54,758 nt of DNA, taken from NCBI GenBank assembly GCA_041480845.1, contig JBGPAU010000003.1, positions 1-54,758 of the forward strand, written 5' to 3'. A program made the position numbers and the translations under genes. Below the pieces are notes generated by a model, which saw only the letters and a list, made by a program, of their open reading frames with translations, was not told where the DNA came from and searched no databases. Below, piece by piece: positions 20,410 through 29,733 of this stretch (its first letter is position 1; every line of letters begins with the position of its first letter). Source of the DNA: Patescibacteria group bacterium (GTDB lineage: Bacteria; Patescibacteriota; Microgenomatia; UBA8517).

Positions 20410-20775
20410 ATGTTACAGCTAAGAACAATGATGGTACCGGCGGATAACAGTGGGGCCAAGAGAATTATGATAATTGGCGTTCCCGGAAGAGTCGGCAGAT
20501 TTGCGACTTTGGGAGATGTCGTTTTGGGGGTCGTAAAAGGCGCGGACCCGGCAGGCATTGTCGCGGATCACGAAAAAGTAAGAGTTCTTATTGTTCGGAC
20601 ACGTAAAGAGGTCGGAAGGAAAGACGGAAGCTACGTCAGGTTTGACGATAACGCGGGAGTGGTTATTGATAAACAGGGCTTGCCCAGAGGAACCAGAATA
20701 TTAGGCCCGATTGCCAGAGAAATTAAAGAAGCAGGTTACAACAAGATTGCATCATTAGCAAGGGAGGTCGTCTAA
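20410..20775 (+). CDS. rplN: 50S ribosomal protein L14
   Basis: ADNSGAK, RFDDNA, GTRILGPIARE. Confidence 0.98.
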   Translation: MLQLRTMMVPADNSGAKRIMIIGVPGRVGRFATLGDVVLGVVKGADPAGIVADHEKVRVLIVRTRKEVGRKDGSYVRFDDNAGVVIDKQGLPRGTRILGPIAREIKEAGYNKIASLAREVV

Positions 20776-20776
20776 C

Positions 20777-21091
20777 ATGGTCAAATTTAAAGTTGGAGAT
20801 ACAGTTAAAATAACAGCAGGAAAGGATAAAGGACGAGAAGGCAAAATCGAAAAAATCTTCCCTGAGGAGGAAAAAGCCATAATTCCCGAGGTGAATATTT
20901 ATAAAAAACACGTCAAGGGTTTCGGCGATGTTAAAGGCGGAGTCTATCCAATTCCGCGTCCCATGGGTTTTGGTAAAATTGCCCTAATTTGCCCGAAGTG
21001 CAAAAAAATAACCAGAGTCGGTTTTAGATTTGCCGGAGATGAAAAGGTCAGAATATGCAAAAAATGCAAAAAGGAGATTGATAAGAAATGA
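20777..21091 (+). CDS. rplX: 50S ribosomal protein L24
   Basis: KOW motif GDTVKITAGKDKG; C-terminal CPKC/CKKC. Confidence 0.97.
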   Translation: MVKFKVGDTVKITAGKDKGREGKIEKIFPEEEKAIIPEVNIYKKHVKGFGDVKGGVYPIPRPMGFGKIALICPKCKKITRVGFRFAGDEKVRICKKCKKEIDKK

Positions 21092-21633
21092 TTACCAGAT
21101 TACAGGAAAAATTTGAAAAAGAAGTAAAAGTAACTCTTGCAAAAGAGTTTGGAATAAAAAATAGCCACGCAATTCCCAGCGTATCCAAGGTTGTTATCAA
21201 TATGGGCATCGGGGCTGCAGCCAAAAATCAACAGCAAATGGATAATCTAAAAAGGGACATTGCGGCAATCACCGGACAGTTTCCCTCAATCCGAAATGCC
21301 AAGGTTTCAATTGCGAGTTTTAATCTCAGAGCCGGAATGCCGGTGGGGTTAAGTGTTACCCTAAGGGGCGAGCGCATGTATTCGTTCTTGGACAGACTTT
21401 TTTCTATTGCCCTCCCGAGGCTTCGTGATTTCAGGGGGGTATCTTTGAAATCCTTTGATAAAATGGGCAATTATACTTTAGGATTTGAAGAGCACACAGT
21501 TTTTCCGGAAGTAGATCCGGCTAAAGCCGCCAGCCCCCACGGGCTCGAAATAACAATTGTTACAACTGCGGGAACTCCCGAAAAATCAAAAAGACTATTG
21601 GAACTAATGGGTTGCCCTTTCGTAAAAGAATAA
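21088..21633 (+). CDS. rplE: 50S ribosomal protein L5
   Basis: [27 protein letters not shown]. Confidence 0.98.
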   Translation: MITRLQEKFEKEVKVTLAKEFGIKNSHAIPSVSKVVINMGIGAAAKNQQQMDNLKRDIAAITGQFPSIRNAKVSIASFNLRAGMPVGLSVTLRGERMYSFLDRLFSIALPRLRDFRGVSLKSFDKMGNYTLGFEEHTVFPEVDPAKAASPHGLEITIVTTAGTPEKSKRLLELMGCPFVKE

Positions 21634-21637
21634 ATAT

Positions 21638-21823
21638 ATGTCAACGACTGCAAAAGAAGTAAGAGAGACAAAGAAATTAAAATTCAAAATCAGGTATCAC
21701 AACAGATGTAAAATCTGCGGTAGGTCGCGTGGATATCTTCGCAGATTTGGCCTTTGCAGACTCTGTTTTAGGGAATATGCACTAAAGGGAGAAATCCCCG
21801 GGGTTAGAAAGGCATCCTGGTAA
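21638..21823 (+). CDS. rpsN: 30S ribosomal protein S14, Zn-binding short type
   Basis: RCKICGR...GLCRLCFRE...PGVRKASW. Confidence 0.98.
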   Translation: MSTTAKEVRETKKLKFKIRYHNRCKICGRSRGYLRRFGLCRLCFREYALKGEIPGVRKASW

Positions 21824-21824
21824 T

Positions 21825-22217
21825 ATGACAAATACATTTTCAAATTATTCTGTGGGAGATTTCTTAATAAGAATAAAAAATACGGCCATGGCCAAAAATA
21901 AATCTTTGGAATATAAAGCCGAAAAACAGATTGTTGCTGTTGCCGAAGCACTTAAAAAATTGGGATTTTTGGACTCGGTCAAGAAAGAAAAAGACATGTT
22001 AAACGTTTCTTTGGCTTTCAAGAATAAGAAGCCGGTCATAATGAACCTAAGGCTAATATCTAAGCCGGGCCTAAGAATTTATATGGGGGCTGACGAAATT
22101 GATAAGAAAAAAGGTCCGTCAACTTACTTAATCACCTCGCCCAAAGGAATAATTTCTTCCAAAGACGCAGTAAAGGGAAGAATCGGCGGAGAAGTCATAG
22201 CCGAAATATGGTCGTAG
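21825..22217 (+). CDS. rpsH: 30S ribosomal protein S8
   Basis: DFLIRIKN, SKPGLRIY, IGGEVI. Confidence 0.97.
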   Translation: MTNTFSNYSVGDFLIRIKNTAMAKNKSLEYKAEKQIVAVAEALKKLGFLDSVKKEKDMLNVSLAFKNKKPVIMNLRLISKPGLRIYMGADEIDKKKGPSTYLITSPKGIISSKDAVKGRIGGEVIAEIWS

Positions 22218-22240
22218 ATCCTGAGCGAAGTCGAAGGATC
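22217..22240 (+). repeat. Family A palindromic repeat
   Basis: gatcctgagcgaagtcgaaggatc between rpsH and rplF. Confidence 0.85.
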
Positions 22241-22248
22241 ATAATTAT

Positions 22249-22806
22249 ATGAGTAAAATAGGTAAACAACCGGTAATAATTCCAGCAGGAGTTACAGTAG
22301 AAGTTAATGGCCACACGGTAAAAATTACAGGGCCTAAAGGAACTTTGGAAAAACATTTTCCTCCGGAAATTAACGTTGACGTTTCCGACGGAAAAGTACT
22401 CGTAACCGCCAAGGGAAGCGGAAAGTATATTATGTCTTTACACGGGACGACCAGAGCTTTAATCAATAATGACGTTAAGGGAGTCAGTGAGGGTTGGAGC
22501 AAAAAACTCGAGCTCGTCGGAACAGGATTTAAAGCAGAAGTGATGGGTAAAACCTTATCTCTAACGGTAGGGTATAATCACCCCGTTAAAGTCGAAGCCC
22601 CGGAAGGGATCACGTTTAAAGTTGAAAAGACATTTGTTACGGTTGAAGGAACCAATAGGGAAGTAGTGGGACAGGTTGCCGCAGATATACGCGGAGTAAG
22701 ACCCCCCGAGCCTTACAAAGGCAAAGGAATAAAATACGTAGACGAAGTTATAAGAAGAAAAGCAGGCAAAGCAGCCGCCGCAAAAGCCGGCCCCGCAGCC
22801 GTCTAA
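22249..22806 (+). CDS. rplF: 50S ribosomal protein L6
   Basis: [27 protein letters not shown]. Confidence 0.98.
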   Translation: MSKIGKQPVIIPAGVTVEVNGHTVKITGPKGTLEKHFPPEINVDVSDGKVLVTAKGSGKYIMSLHGTTRALINNDVKGVSEGWSKKLELVGTGFKAEVMGKTLSLTVGYNHPVKVEAPEGITFKVEKTFVTVEGTNREVVGQVAADIRGVRPPEPYKGKGIKYVDEVIRRKAGKAAAAKAGPAAV

Positions 22807-22810
22807 AAGT

Positions 22811-23170
22811 ATGAGAAGCAAAGAGATAAAAGCAAAAAGATACGATCAAAGAAAAAGGAGAGTCAGAGCCAAAATTATTGGAAGTGCAAAACGACCGAGA
22901 CTTTCGGTTTTCCGTTCCAATACCCATATTTATGGGCAAATTATTAATGACGAAAAAGGACAGACTTTGGTTGCATTTTCTGATATCAAAGTTAAAAAAG
23001 AAGCTAAGATGACCAAGACTCAAATAGCAGGAACAGTCGGAGAGGGAATTGCCAAAAAGGCGCTGGCCAAAAAGATCAAAACTGTAGTTTTTGACAGAAA
23101 CGGATTTATGTATCACGGCAGAGTCAAAGCCCTCGCCGAGGGTGCAAGAAAAGGAGGACTGGTTTTTTAA
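22811..23170 (+). CDS. rplR: 50S ribosomal protein L18
   Basis: [28 protein letters not shown]. Confidence 0.98.
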   Translation: MRSKEIKAKRYDQRKRRVRAKIIGSAKRPRLSVFRSNTHIYGQIINDEKGQTLVAFSDIKVKKEAKMTKTQIAGTVGEGIAKKALAKKIKTVVFDRNGFMYHGRVKALAEGARKGGLVF

Positions 23171-23183
23171 GCCAAGTATAAAT

Positions 23184-23675
23184 ATGGGGTTTAGCAGAAA
23201 CAGAAATACAAATTATGAAGGTCCGCCCAAGGAATTTGAAGAAACCGTGGTTCAAATTAATAGAATTTCCAAAAAGACTAAGGGTGGAAATCAAATCAGG
23301 TTTTCGGCTCTTGTGGTTGTGGGAGACCGGAAAGGGAAGGTCGGAGTTGGCTTGGCCAAAGCAACGGATGTGCGAAACGCCATCAGAAAATCTGTTGAGG
23401 CTGCTAAAAGAAAAATGATTGTGGTCCCATTAGCGGGTACAACTGTCCCCTACTCCGTCAACGAAAAATTTTCGGCGGCAAAAATTTTACTTAAGCCGGC
23501 CCCTCCCGGAAGCGGAATTATTGCCGGAGGACCGATGAGAGTTGTACTCGAAGCCGCAGGAATTAGAGACGCAGTCGGAAAAATCTTGGGGACTAAGAAT
23601 AAAATCTCCAATGTTTATGCAACCTTGAAAGCTCTTGAAACAATTTCGGGAATAGTTGAGGCAAGAAGGAAATAA
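23184..23675 (+). CDS. rpsE: 30S ribosomal protein S5
   Basis: RISKKTKGG, FSALVVVGD, PAPPGSGIIAGG. Confidence 0.98.
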   Translation: MGFSRNRNTNYEGPPKEFEETVVQINRISKKTKGGNQIRFSALVVVGDRKGKVGVGLAKATDVRNAIRKSVEAAKRKMIVVPLAGTTVPYSVNEKFSAAKILLKPAPPGSGIIAGGPMRVVLEAAGIRDAVGKILGTKNKISNVYATLKALETISGIVEARRK

Positions 23676-23676
23676 A

Positions 23677-24096
23677 ATGACAAAATTATCTAAAGTTGTA
23701 GCCAAATCAAAAAAGAGATTGGGAAGAGGAATGGGAAGCGGCAAAGGAAGCCACACCTCCAGCCGTGGCCAAAAAGGTCAAAAAAGTAGAGGTTCAGTAA
23801 ACGTTCTTTTTGAAGGAATGAAGATGAAAAAGTCCCTTCTCAAAAGACTCCCCAAAATGCGCGGAAAAGGAAAATTCCATGTCAACACAAAACCGATTGC
23901 CATAAAATACGCGCGACTCGAAGCCTTGCCGGCGGGAAGCGTTATCACGGTAGAGCTTTTGGTTAAACACGGAATTTTGAAGGCAAGATTGGCCAAGATT
24001 CACGGAGTCAAAATTATCGGAATTGGGGATAACAAAAAGAAGTTTAAATTCTCAGTTTCTACTTCCAAGAAATCAGTAGTTAAGACTTCAAAATAA
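23677..24096 (+). CDS. rplO: 50S ribosomal protein L15
   Basis: KRLGRGMGSGKG, RGQKGQKSR, FEG. Confidence 0.95.
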   Translation: MTKLSKVVAKSKKRLGRGMGSGKGSHTSSRGQKGQKSRGSVNVLFEGMKMKKSLLKRLPKMRGKGKFHVNTKPIAIKYARLEALPAGSVITVELLVKHGILKARLAKIHGVKIIGIGDNKKKFKFSVSTSKKSVVKTSK

Positions 24097-24111
24097 ATTT
24101 TCAGAAACTTC

Positions 24112-24140
24112 CTCTTCGACCCACTTCGTTCGCTCAGTGA
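24112..24140 (-). repeat. Family A repeat variant
   Basis: Reverse complement cactgagcgaacgaagtgggtcgaagag. Confidence 0.65.
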
Positions 24141-24200
24141 TGTAGCCTGCTAGCTAACCCTGTTTTTAGGATCAGGTTTGGGATATAATTGACCAATATT

Positions 24201-25484
24201 ATGCTTAGGTCTGTTGGCCAGTTTTTTTCAAAAATAGTTAAAACTCCTTCGATCAGGAAGAAGCTCTTAATTACCGGTGTAGTGCTTATTGTTTTCAGAC
24301 TGGCGGGGCATATTCCTGCCTCCGGTATAGATAAAACTACCCTTGCCGCACTTTTTGCCGGAAGTCCGCTTCTTTCGCTACTGGATGTTTTTTCCGGCGG
24401 AACTTTGGCCAACTTTTCGATTCTGGCCCTGGGCTTAAATCCCTACATCAATGCCTCGATTATTTTTCAGCTTTTGGGCTACGTAGTTCCTGCGATTGAA
24501 GAACTCCAAAAAGAAGGGGAATTCGGGCAGGAAAAAATTAATCAATATACACGGCTTCTCACGGTTCCCCTTGCGGCTCTTCAGGCTTTTGGAATGTACG
24601 CACTTCTAAGGGGGCAAAAAGTTATAACCACATTGGATCCGCTCCACCTTCTGGCGCTTGTTATCACCATGACGGCAGGTACCATTTTTGCCGTTTGGCT
24701 GGGGGAGCTCATCAGCGAATACGGCTTTAAAGACGGGGTATCCCTCCTGATTTTTACAGGAATTGTGGCGCGTCTTCCAGTAACTTTGGGACAATCCGCC
24801 AGCATTTTCCAATCCCAGGATATCTTGAAGATAATTTTATTTATAGTAATTTCCGTAATCATAGTTGGCCTTGTTATTTTTGTCAGTGAGGCAGCCCGTC
24901 AAATTCCAATCCACTACGCAAAAAGACGTACCGAGAGCGGTCTTGGAGCCTCCTCCTATCTGCCTCTGAGGTTAAATCAGGCCGGGGTAATTCCTATCAT
25001 TTTTGCCGTATCTTTAGTCCTTATGCCATCCATGCTCGGACAGTTTTTGGCAAATGTCCCGAATACGGGTTTAGCTAATTTTGCGAGGTCGATTAGTACC
25101 GCCTTTAATCCTCAATCGGCAGTCTATAATATTGTTTATTTCCTGCTGGTTTTCGGATTTACTTATTTTTACACCGCGGTTGTATTTAATCCGGAAAAAG
25201 TTGCCGAAAATTTGCAAAAGGGCGGAGGGTTTATACCGGGTATCAGGCCCGGCAAAGAAACCGAGAAATATCTGGGGCATGTTCTTTCCCGTTTGACGGT
25301 GGTGGGCGGGGCCTTCTTGGGAGCCATTGCGGTCCTCCCTTCCCTTTTCAGAAATTCCCTTGGAGCCACAAATCTTGCAATCGGGGGCACAAGCGTTTTA
25401 ATCCTTGTATCGGTTGCGCTCCAGCTTATCCGTGAAATGGAAGGCGAACTTGTGATGGAAAAGTACGAAGGATTTACGAGATGA
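24201..25484 (+). CDS. secY: Preprotein translocase subunit SecY
   Basis: SILALGLNPYINASII, AGVIPIIFA, FIPGIRPG, GGTSVLI. Confidence 0.98.
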   Translation: MLRSVGQFFSKIVKTPSIRKKLLITGVVLIVFRLAGHIPASGIDKTTLAALFAGSPLLSLLDVFSGGTLANFSILALGLNPYINASIIFQLLGYVVPAIEELQKEGEFGQEKINQYTRLLTVPLAALQAFGMYALLRGQKVITTLDPLHLLALVITMTAGTIFAVWLGELISEYGFKDGVSLLIFTGIVARLPVTLGQSASIFQSQDILKIILFIVISVIIVGLVIFVSEAARQIPIHYAKRRTESGLGASSYLPLRLNQAGVIPIIFAVSLVLMPSMLGQFLANVPNTGLANFARSISTAFNPQSAVYNIVYFLLVFGFTYFYTAVVFNPEKVAENLQKGGGFIPGIRPGKETEKYLGHVLSRLTVVGGAFLGAIAVLPSLFRNSLGATNLAIGGTSVLILVSVALQLIREMEGELVMEKYEGFTR

Positions 25485-26113
25485 ATATACTTATAATCGG
25501 TCCGCAGGGTTCGGGCAAAGGAACACAGGCGAGAATTCTAGTTGAGAAGTTTAACCTTTATTATTTTGAGTCGGGTGCATATTTGAGGAAAATGGCCGAG
25601 ACTCACCCGGAGCTTAAAAAATTGTTGGATGAAGGGAAACTTGTTCCCGACAAAGAGTTTACTTCCTATTTGGCTGCGTATTTGGACGACCAAAACCTAT
25701 ATGACAACATTCTTTTCGACGGTTTTCCAAGAACTGTTTCCCAATACGAATTTTTTAAGAAATGGCTAACGGATAAAAAAGTAAGTTTGGATTTGACGAT
25801 ATTTTTACAAATAAGCCAAGAGGAAACCGTAAGACGCCTGACGGCCAGAAGGCAAGATCCGGCTTCCGGCAAGATTTACAACCTTATTACCGAGCCTCCT
25901 CCTCCCGATGTCGATACCGGTAAACTTATTCAGAGAGACGACGATAAACCCGAAGCGATCGAAAAAAGACTTGAACTATTTAGGCAGCTGACAGAACCCT
26001 TGATTGCCCGGCTCAAGGAAGAATCGGAGGTTATCGAGGTTGACGGGGAACGTCCTGTCAAAGTAATTGCAGATGATCTTATTGGGGCGATTGAGGAAAG
26101 GATGAATAAATGA
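25481..26113 (+). CDS. adk: Adenylate kinase
   Basis: GPQGSGKGTQ, DGFPRT, QRDDD. Confidence 0.96.
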   Translation: MNILIIGPQGSGKGTQARILVEKFNLYYFESGAYLRKMAETHPELKKLLDEGKLVPDKEFTSYLAAYLDDQNLYDNILFDGFPRTVSQYEFFKKWLTDKKVSLDLTIFLQISQEETVRRLTARRQDPASGKIYNLITEPPPPDVDTGKLIQRDDDKPEAIEKRLELFRQLTEPLIARLKEESEVIEVDGERPVKVIADDLIGAIEERMNK

Positions 26114-26859
26114 TTCCTGTCAAGAGCGACTCCGAGATTCAAATCATGGCTGAGGGGGGTAAAAAACTTGCTCGAGTAAAGAATGCCCTCGGCGACGCGG
26201 TCAAAGCGGGTGTCAGAGCATCAGGTATCGAGGAGTTGGCTGCGAAGTTGATAAAGGAGGAAGGAGCAGAAGCTTCTTTTAAAAAAGTTCCCGGCTACCA
26301 CTGGGCGACCTGCGTCAATGTGAATGAAGGACTGGTTCATGGGATTCCCATTTCAAGTGTAATTTTCAAGAAGGGCGATATTGTCAGCATTGACGTCGGG
26401 ATTTTGTTCAAAGGGTTCCATACAGACACCTCAATTTCGGTTGGAATCGATTTAAGCCCCGAAAACCGGAAATTCCTGAATACCGGCCGCGAGGCCTTGG
26501 CTAAGGCCCTAAGGGCGGTTAAGGAGGGCAACTATATTTACGATGTTTCCAAAGCCATAGAAGATACGGTTGAAGCGGCGGGCTATTCGGCCATAAAAGC
26601 TCTTGTCGGGCACGGAGTTGGCAGGGAGCTTCATGAGGATCCCCAAATCCCCTGTTTTGTGCTTGGAGCCAGAGAGCAAAGTGCCGAGATCGAAAAAGGT
26701 ATGGTTTTGGCAGTTGAGGTCATGTATGCCATGGGGAGCGATAAAGTCGAACTTTTGGAAGACGGGTGGACAATAGCCATGAGGGATGGTAAAATATCAG
26801 GACTTTTTGAGGATACTATCGCGGTAACTAAGTTAGGACCCAAGGTGTTAACGAGATGA
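26110..26859 (+). CDS. map: Methionine aminopeptidase type I
   Basis: [13 protein letters not shown]...[15 protein letters not shown]. Confidence 0.96.
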   Translation: MIPVKSDSEIQIMAEGGKKLARVKNALGDAVKAGVRASGIEELAAKLIKEEGAEASFKKVPGYHWATCVNVNEGLVHGIPISSVIFKKGDIVSIDVGILFKGFHTDTSISVGIDLSPENRKFLNTGREALAKALRAVKEGNYIYDVSKAIEDTVEAAGYSAIKALVGHGVGRELHEDPQIPCFVLGAREQSAEIEKGMVLAVEVMYAMGSDKVELLEDGWTIAMRDGKISGLFEDTIAVTKLGPKVLTR

Positions 26860-27071
26860 AAACCAAGAACGTAGTTATAGTTGAGGGAAACGTGTCCGCC
26901 GCCCTTCCCAACACAATGTTCAGGGTGACTCTGAGCGATGGGAGGCTGATTTTGGCCACATTAACCGGAAAAATGCGTAGAAATTACGTCAGGATTTTTC
27001 CGGGAGATAAGGTCAAGGTTGAAATGACGCCTTACGACGAGGCAAGGGGAAGAATAGTATATAAATTCTAA
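26856..27071 (+). CDS. infA: Translation initiation factor IF-1
   Basis: [21 protein letters not shown]...GRI. Confidence 0.98.
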   Translation: MKTKNVVIVEGNVSAALPNTMFRVTLSDGRLILATLTGKMRRNYVRIFPGDKVKVEMTPYDEARGRIVYKF

Positions 27072-27184
27072 TGAAAGTACAAAGTTCAATCAGTTTAAGA
27101 TGCAAGGACTGTAAGATTGTTAAACGCAAGGGCGTTTTATACGTCATTTGTAAAAACCCCAGGCACAAACAGAGACAAGGATGA
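27071..27184 (+). CDS. rpmJ: 50S ribosomal protein L36 (not in the ORF track)
   Basis: Manual translation [37 protein letters not shown]. Confidence 0.97.
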   Translation: MKVQSSISLRCKDCKIVKRKGVLYVICKNPRHKQRQG

Positions 27185-27185
27185 T

Positions 27186-27599
27186 ATGGCACGTATAGCC
27201 GGAATAGACTTACAAGATAGCTGGAAAGTAGATTTCGCCTTAACTAAAATAAAAGGTTTGGGCTGGCCGTTGTCCAAAAAAATCATGAAGGATGCCGGAA
27301 TTGATACCAAAAAGAGAATTTCCGACCTAACAAGTGATGAAGTAAGTAAAATCTCGGCTGAACTTGAAAAATATCAAATTGAAGGGGACTTGATGAGAGA
27401 TGTAAGAGCAAATATTCAAAGACTGGTAGTAATCGGATCGTATAGAGGCTCCAGACATACAAAAGGGCTACCAGTCAGAGGGCAAAGGACGAGGACTAAT
27501 GCCCGTACGAAACGCGGAAAACGTAAGACCGTGGGAGCGTTTAAGAAAGAAATGCTTTCCAGGCTGACCACCGGAAAGGAAGAGGAGGCAAAGAAGTAA
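27186..27599 (+). CDS. rpsM: 30S ribosomal protein S13
   Basis: MARIAGID, GLPVRGQRTRTNARTKRG. Confidence 0.98.
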   Translation: MARIAGIDLQDSWKVDFALTKIKGLGWPLSKKIMKDAGIDTKKRISDLTSDEVSKISAELEKYQIEGDLMRDVRANIQRLVVIGSYRGSRHTKGLPVRGQRTRTNARTKRGKRKTVGAFKKEMLSRLTTGKEEEAKK

Positions 27600-27600
27600 T

Positions 27601-27981
27601 ATGGCAACCAAGGCTAAGAATATAAAAAAGGAAGTTGGTTTGGGCAAAATTTACATTTCCGCATCTTTTAATAACACGCTTGTAACCCTTACAAATGCCG
27701 TGGGTGAGACTTTAGCTTGGGGTTCATCCGGTGCGTCGGGTTTTAAAGGCACAAGACGCGCTACTCCTTACGCGGCAACAACTGCAGTTGAAACGGTTCT
27801 AAATAAGGCTAAAAATGATTTTGGTGTAACGGAGGTTGAAATTTATGTCAAAGGCCCCGGAGCCGGACGCGATGCAGCACTTCGTGCGGTCAGGGCCGCC
27901 GGAGTTAAAATTGCTCTTATTGCCGACATTACACCTGTTCCACATAACGGACCGAGGCCGAAAAAGAAAAGGAGAGTCTAA
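27601..27981 (+). CDS. rpsK: 30S ribosomal protein S11
   Basis: ASFNNT, TPYAA, DITPVPHNG. Confidence 0.98.
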   Translation: MATKAKNIKKEVGLGKIYISASFNNTLVTLTNAVGETLAWGSSGASGFKGTRRATPYAATTAVETVLNKAKNDFGVTEVEIYVKGPGAGRDAALRAVRAAGVKIALIADITPVPHNGPRPKKKRRV

Positions 27982-27983
27982 GG

Positions 27984-28583
27984 ATGGCAAAATACGTAGG
28001 ACCAAAAGACAGGCTTAGCAGGCGCGAAAACTTCGACATTTTTGGTGCCGGAGCGAAGCTGACAAGGCTTAATGTGCCGCCCGGAGTTCATGGACCAAAG
28101 GGGCTAAGGGGTTCTTCCCAATACGGCAGGCAGCTTAGGGAGAAGCAAAAAGTCAAAAGGCTTTACGGTATTTTAGAAAAGCAGTTTAGGAGATATGTTG
28201 AAGAGGCTTTTAGAGCCAAGGGGAATACGGGAGAAGCCATACTAATTAGCCTTGAAAAGCGTCTGGATAATGTAATATTCAGGCTTGGATTTGCTCCGAG
28301 TAGGCCCGCCGCCAGACAGTTGGTTTCCCACGGACACGCCATGGTAAACGGCAAAAAAGTTAATATTCCTTCCTATAAATTGGTTGTCGGGGACACGGTT
28401 TCGATTGATTCTAAGGCCGGCGCCATACCCGAAATCAAACAAGCGATTGAAAATAAGGATATAAAGCTCCCTGGCTGGTTGGAGAAAAAGGCCCTGGTAG
28501 GCAAGGTTTCTGCCAACCCCAAGCGTGAAGATATAACTGAGCCTATAAGCGAAATGGACATCGTAGAGTTTTACTCACGATAG
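27984..28583 (+). CDS. rpsD: 30S ribosomal protein S4
   Basis: YGRQLREKQK, LEKRLDNVIFR, ARQLVSHGH, IVEFYSR. Confidence 0.98.
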   Translation: MAKYVGPKDRLSRRENFDIFGAGAKLTRLNVPPGVHGPKGLRGSSQYGRQLREKQKVKRLYGILEKQFRRYVEEAFRAKGNTGEAILISLEKRLDNVIFRLGFAPSRPAARQLVSHGHAMVNGKKVNIPSYKLVVGDTVSIDSKAGAIPEIKQAIENKDIKLPGWLEKKALVGKVSANPKREDITEPISEMDIVEFYSR

Positions 28584-28589
28584 GGGTTC

Positions 28590-28615
28590 GCTTGGCCAGA
28601 CAAAGCCCTGGTAAG
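28590..28615 (+). repeat. Family B repeat, copy 2
   Basis: gcttggccagacaaagccctggtaag, similar to copies at 18692 and 34203. Confidence 0.8.
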
Positions 28616-28649
28616 TGAGCAGGATATAGTTGAGTTTTACTCCAGATAG
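28611..28649 (+). other. Recoded second copy of the rpsD 3' end (VSEQDIVEFYSR*)
   Basis: 29/39 nt identical to 28545-28583, same reading frame, 10 of 12 residues identical. Confidence 0.9.
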
Positions 28650-28679
28650 GCAGCAGCCTAGATGGAGGTTTGGAGCCAT

Positions 28680-28760
28680 AAGGCGGAGAACACTGACACC
28701 TTGTTGAGAAAGTTCCTCGTGGGTACTTTCTCAAGCAATGCTTGATTCCCAATTAGCCTT
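28680..28760. ncRNA. Candidate structured RNA (long imperfect hairpin)
   Basis: Perfect 10-bp core ttgagaaagt/actttctcaa, extendable to aaggc/gcctt. Confidence 0.35.
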
Positions 28761-28770
28761 GGGTTATAAT
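28742..28770 (+). promoter_or_regulatory. Internal rpoA promoter
   Basis: TTGATT-17-TATAAT, followed by leader hairpin agtcttaa-ag-ttaagact (28778-28795). Confidence 0.65.
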
Positions 28771-28811
28771 ACACCCTAGTCTTAAAGTTAAGACTGTATT
28801 TTGAAAGAAAA

Positions 28812-29729
28812 ATGAACGAACCAATGTTTGAGATCAAAGAAGAAAAGAAAGAGGCCGGTTACGGCAGATTTGCCATAACACCCCTTGAACAGGGGTACGG
28901 TCTTACGATCGGTAATGCCATAAGGCGTGTCCTTTTATCTTCTCTATACGGAGTAGCAGTCACCTCAGTTAAAATCGCAGGAGTAAAGCACCAGTTTTCT
29001 TCTCTTACCGGCATGAAGGAAGACATAGTTGAATTTGTTCTTAACCTCAAGAAAGTCAGATTTTCCGGAAAAGCCGAAAAACCCGTTAAAGCTACTTTAG
29101 AAGTAACAAAATCCGGCGAATTTACGGCTGCCGAAATTAAAGTCGGAGGCGGAATCAAAATTGCCAATCCCGATTTAATTTTGGGCACTCTGAATAAGGG
29201 TTCAAAGCTCTCCGCGGATATTATGATTGAAAGCGGAGTCGGTTATTCTCCCGCGGAAGACAGGCCCGGAGAAACAATCGGTCTTATTCCGGTTGATGCT
29301 TCTTTCTCTCCGGTTAAAAGAGTCAGCTACAAAATTGAGGAAACCCGTGTCGGTCGACTTACAAATTATGACAAATTGCTCTTGGAAATTTGGACGGACG
29401 GAACGGTTGATGCCAAAGAAGCATTAACGGAATCCGCAAAGATTCTAATGTCTTATTTTGGCCAGGTGGTTAACCCCAAGAAAGTTGTAAAACCGGTAGA
29501 AGCACCCAAGGATGAACTAGGACTTATAGGAAAGCTTTCGGTGGAAGAAATAGGCCTTCCCACAAGAGTTGCCAATGCCCTAATTAAAGCCGGTTTTGAA
29601 TCGGTTGAACAGCTTGCGTACGCAAAGAAGGAAGATTTGGTTAAGGTAAGAAATTTGGGAGAAAAGTCCCTCAAGATTATAGCTGCTGCGCTCGGAACAA
29701 AGGGAGTCGAGTTCCTCGCCATCAAGTAA
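28812..29729 (+). CDS. rpoA: DNA-directed RNA polymerase subunit alpha
   Basis: PLEQGYGLTIGNAIRRVLLS, DASFSPV, RNLGEKS. Confidence 0.98.
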   Translation: MNEPMFEIKEEKKEAGYGRFAITPLEQGYGLTIGNAIRRVLLSSLYGVAVTSVKIAGVKHQFSSLTGMKEDIVEFVLNLKKVRFSGKAEKPVKATLEVTKSGEFTAAEIKVGGGIKIANPDLILGTLNKGSKLSADIMIESGVGYSPAEDRPGETIGLIPVDASFSPVKRVSYKIEETRVGRLTNYDKLLLEIWTDGTVDAKEALTESAKILMSYFGQVVNPKKVVKPVEAPKDELGLIGKLSVEEIGLPTRVANALIKAGFESVEQLAYAKKEDLVKVRNLGEKSLKIIAAALGTKGVEFLAIK

Positions 29730-29733
29730 AACT

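Noticed and set aside
28488-28500. aaggccctggtag in rpsD matches the 3' half of family B
   Set aside because: Encodes ordinary S4 sequence (KALV) with no 5' half; too short to call a copy.
28581-28583. Genome-wide TAG or TGA reassignment as the cause of the rpsD extension
   Set aside because: TAG ends rpsH, rplM and secF, and TGA ends rpmJ and rplW at their expected positions, so code 11 holds.
28543-28752. 69-aa minus-strand ORF across the rpsD-rpoA spacer
   Set aside because: TTG start, overlaps rpsD and has no protein-like features; the hairpin and duplicated gene end explain the region better.
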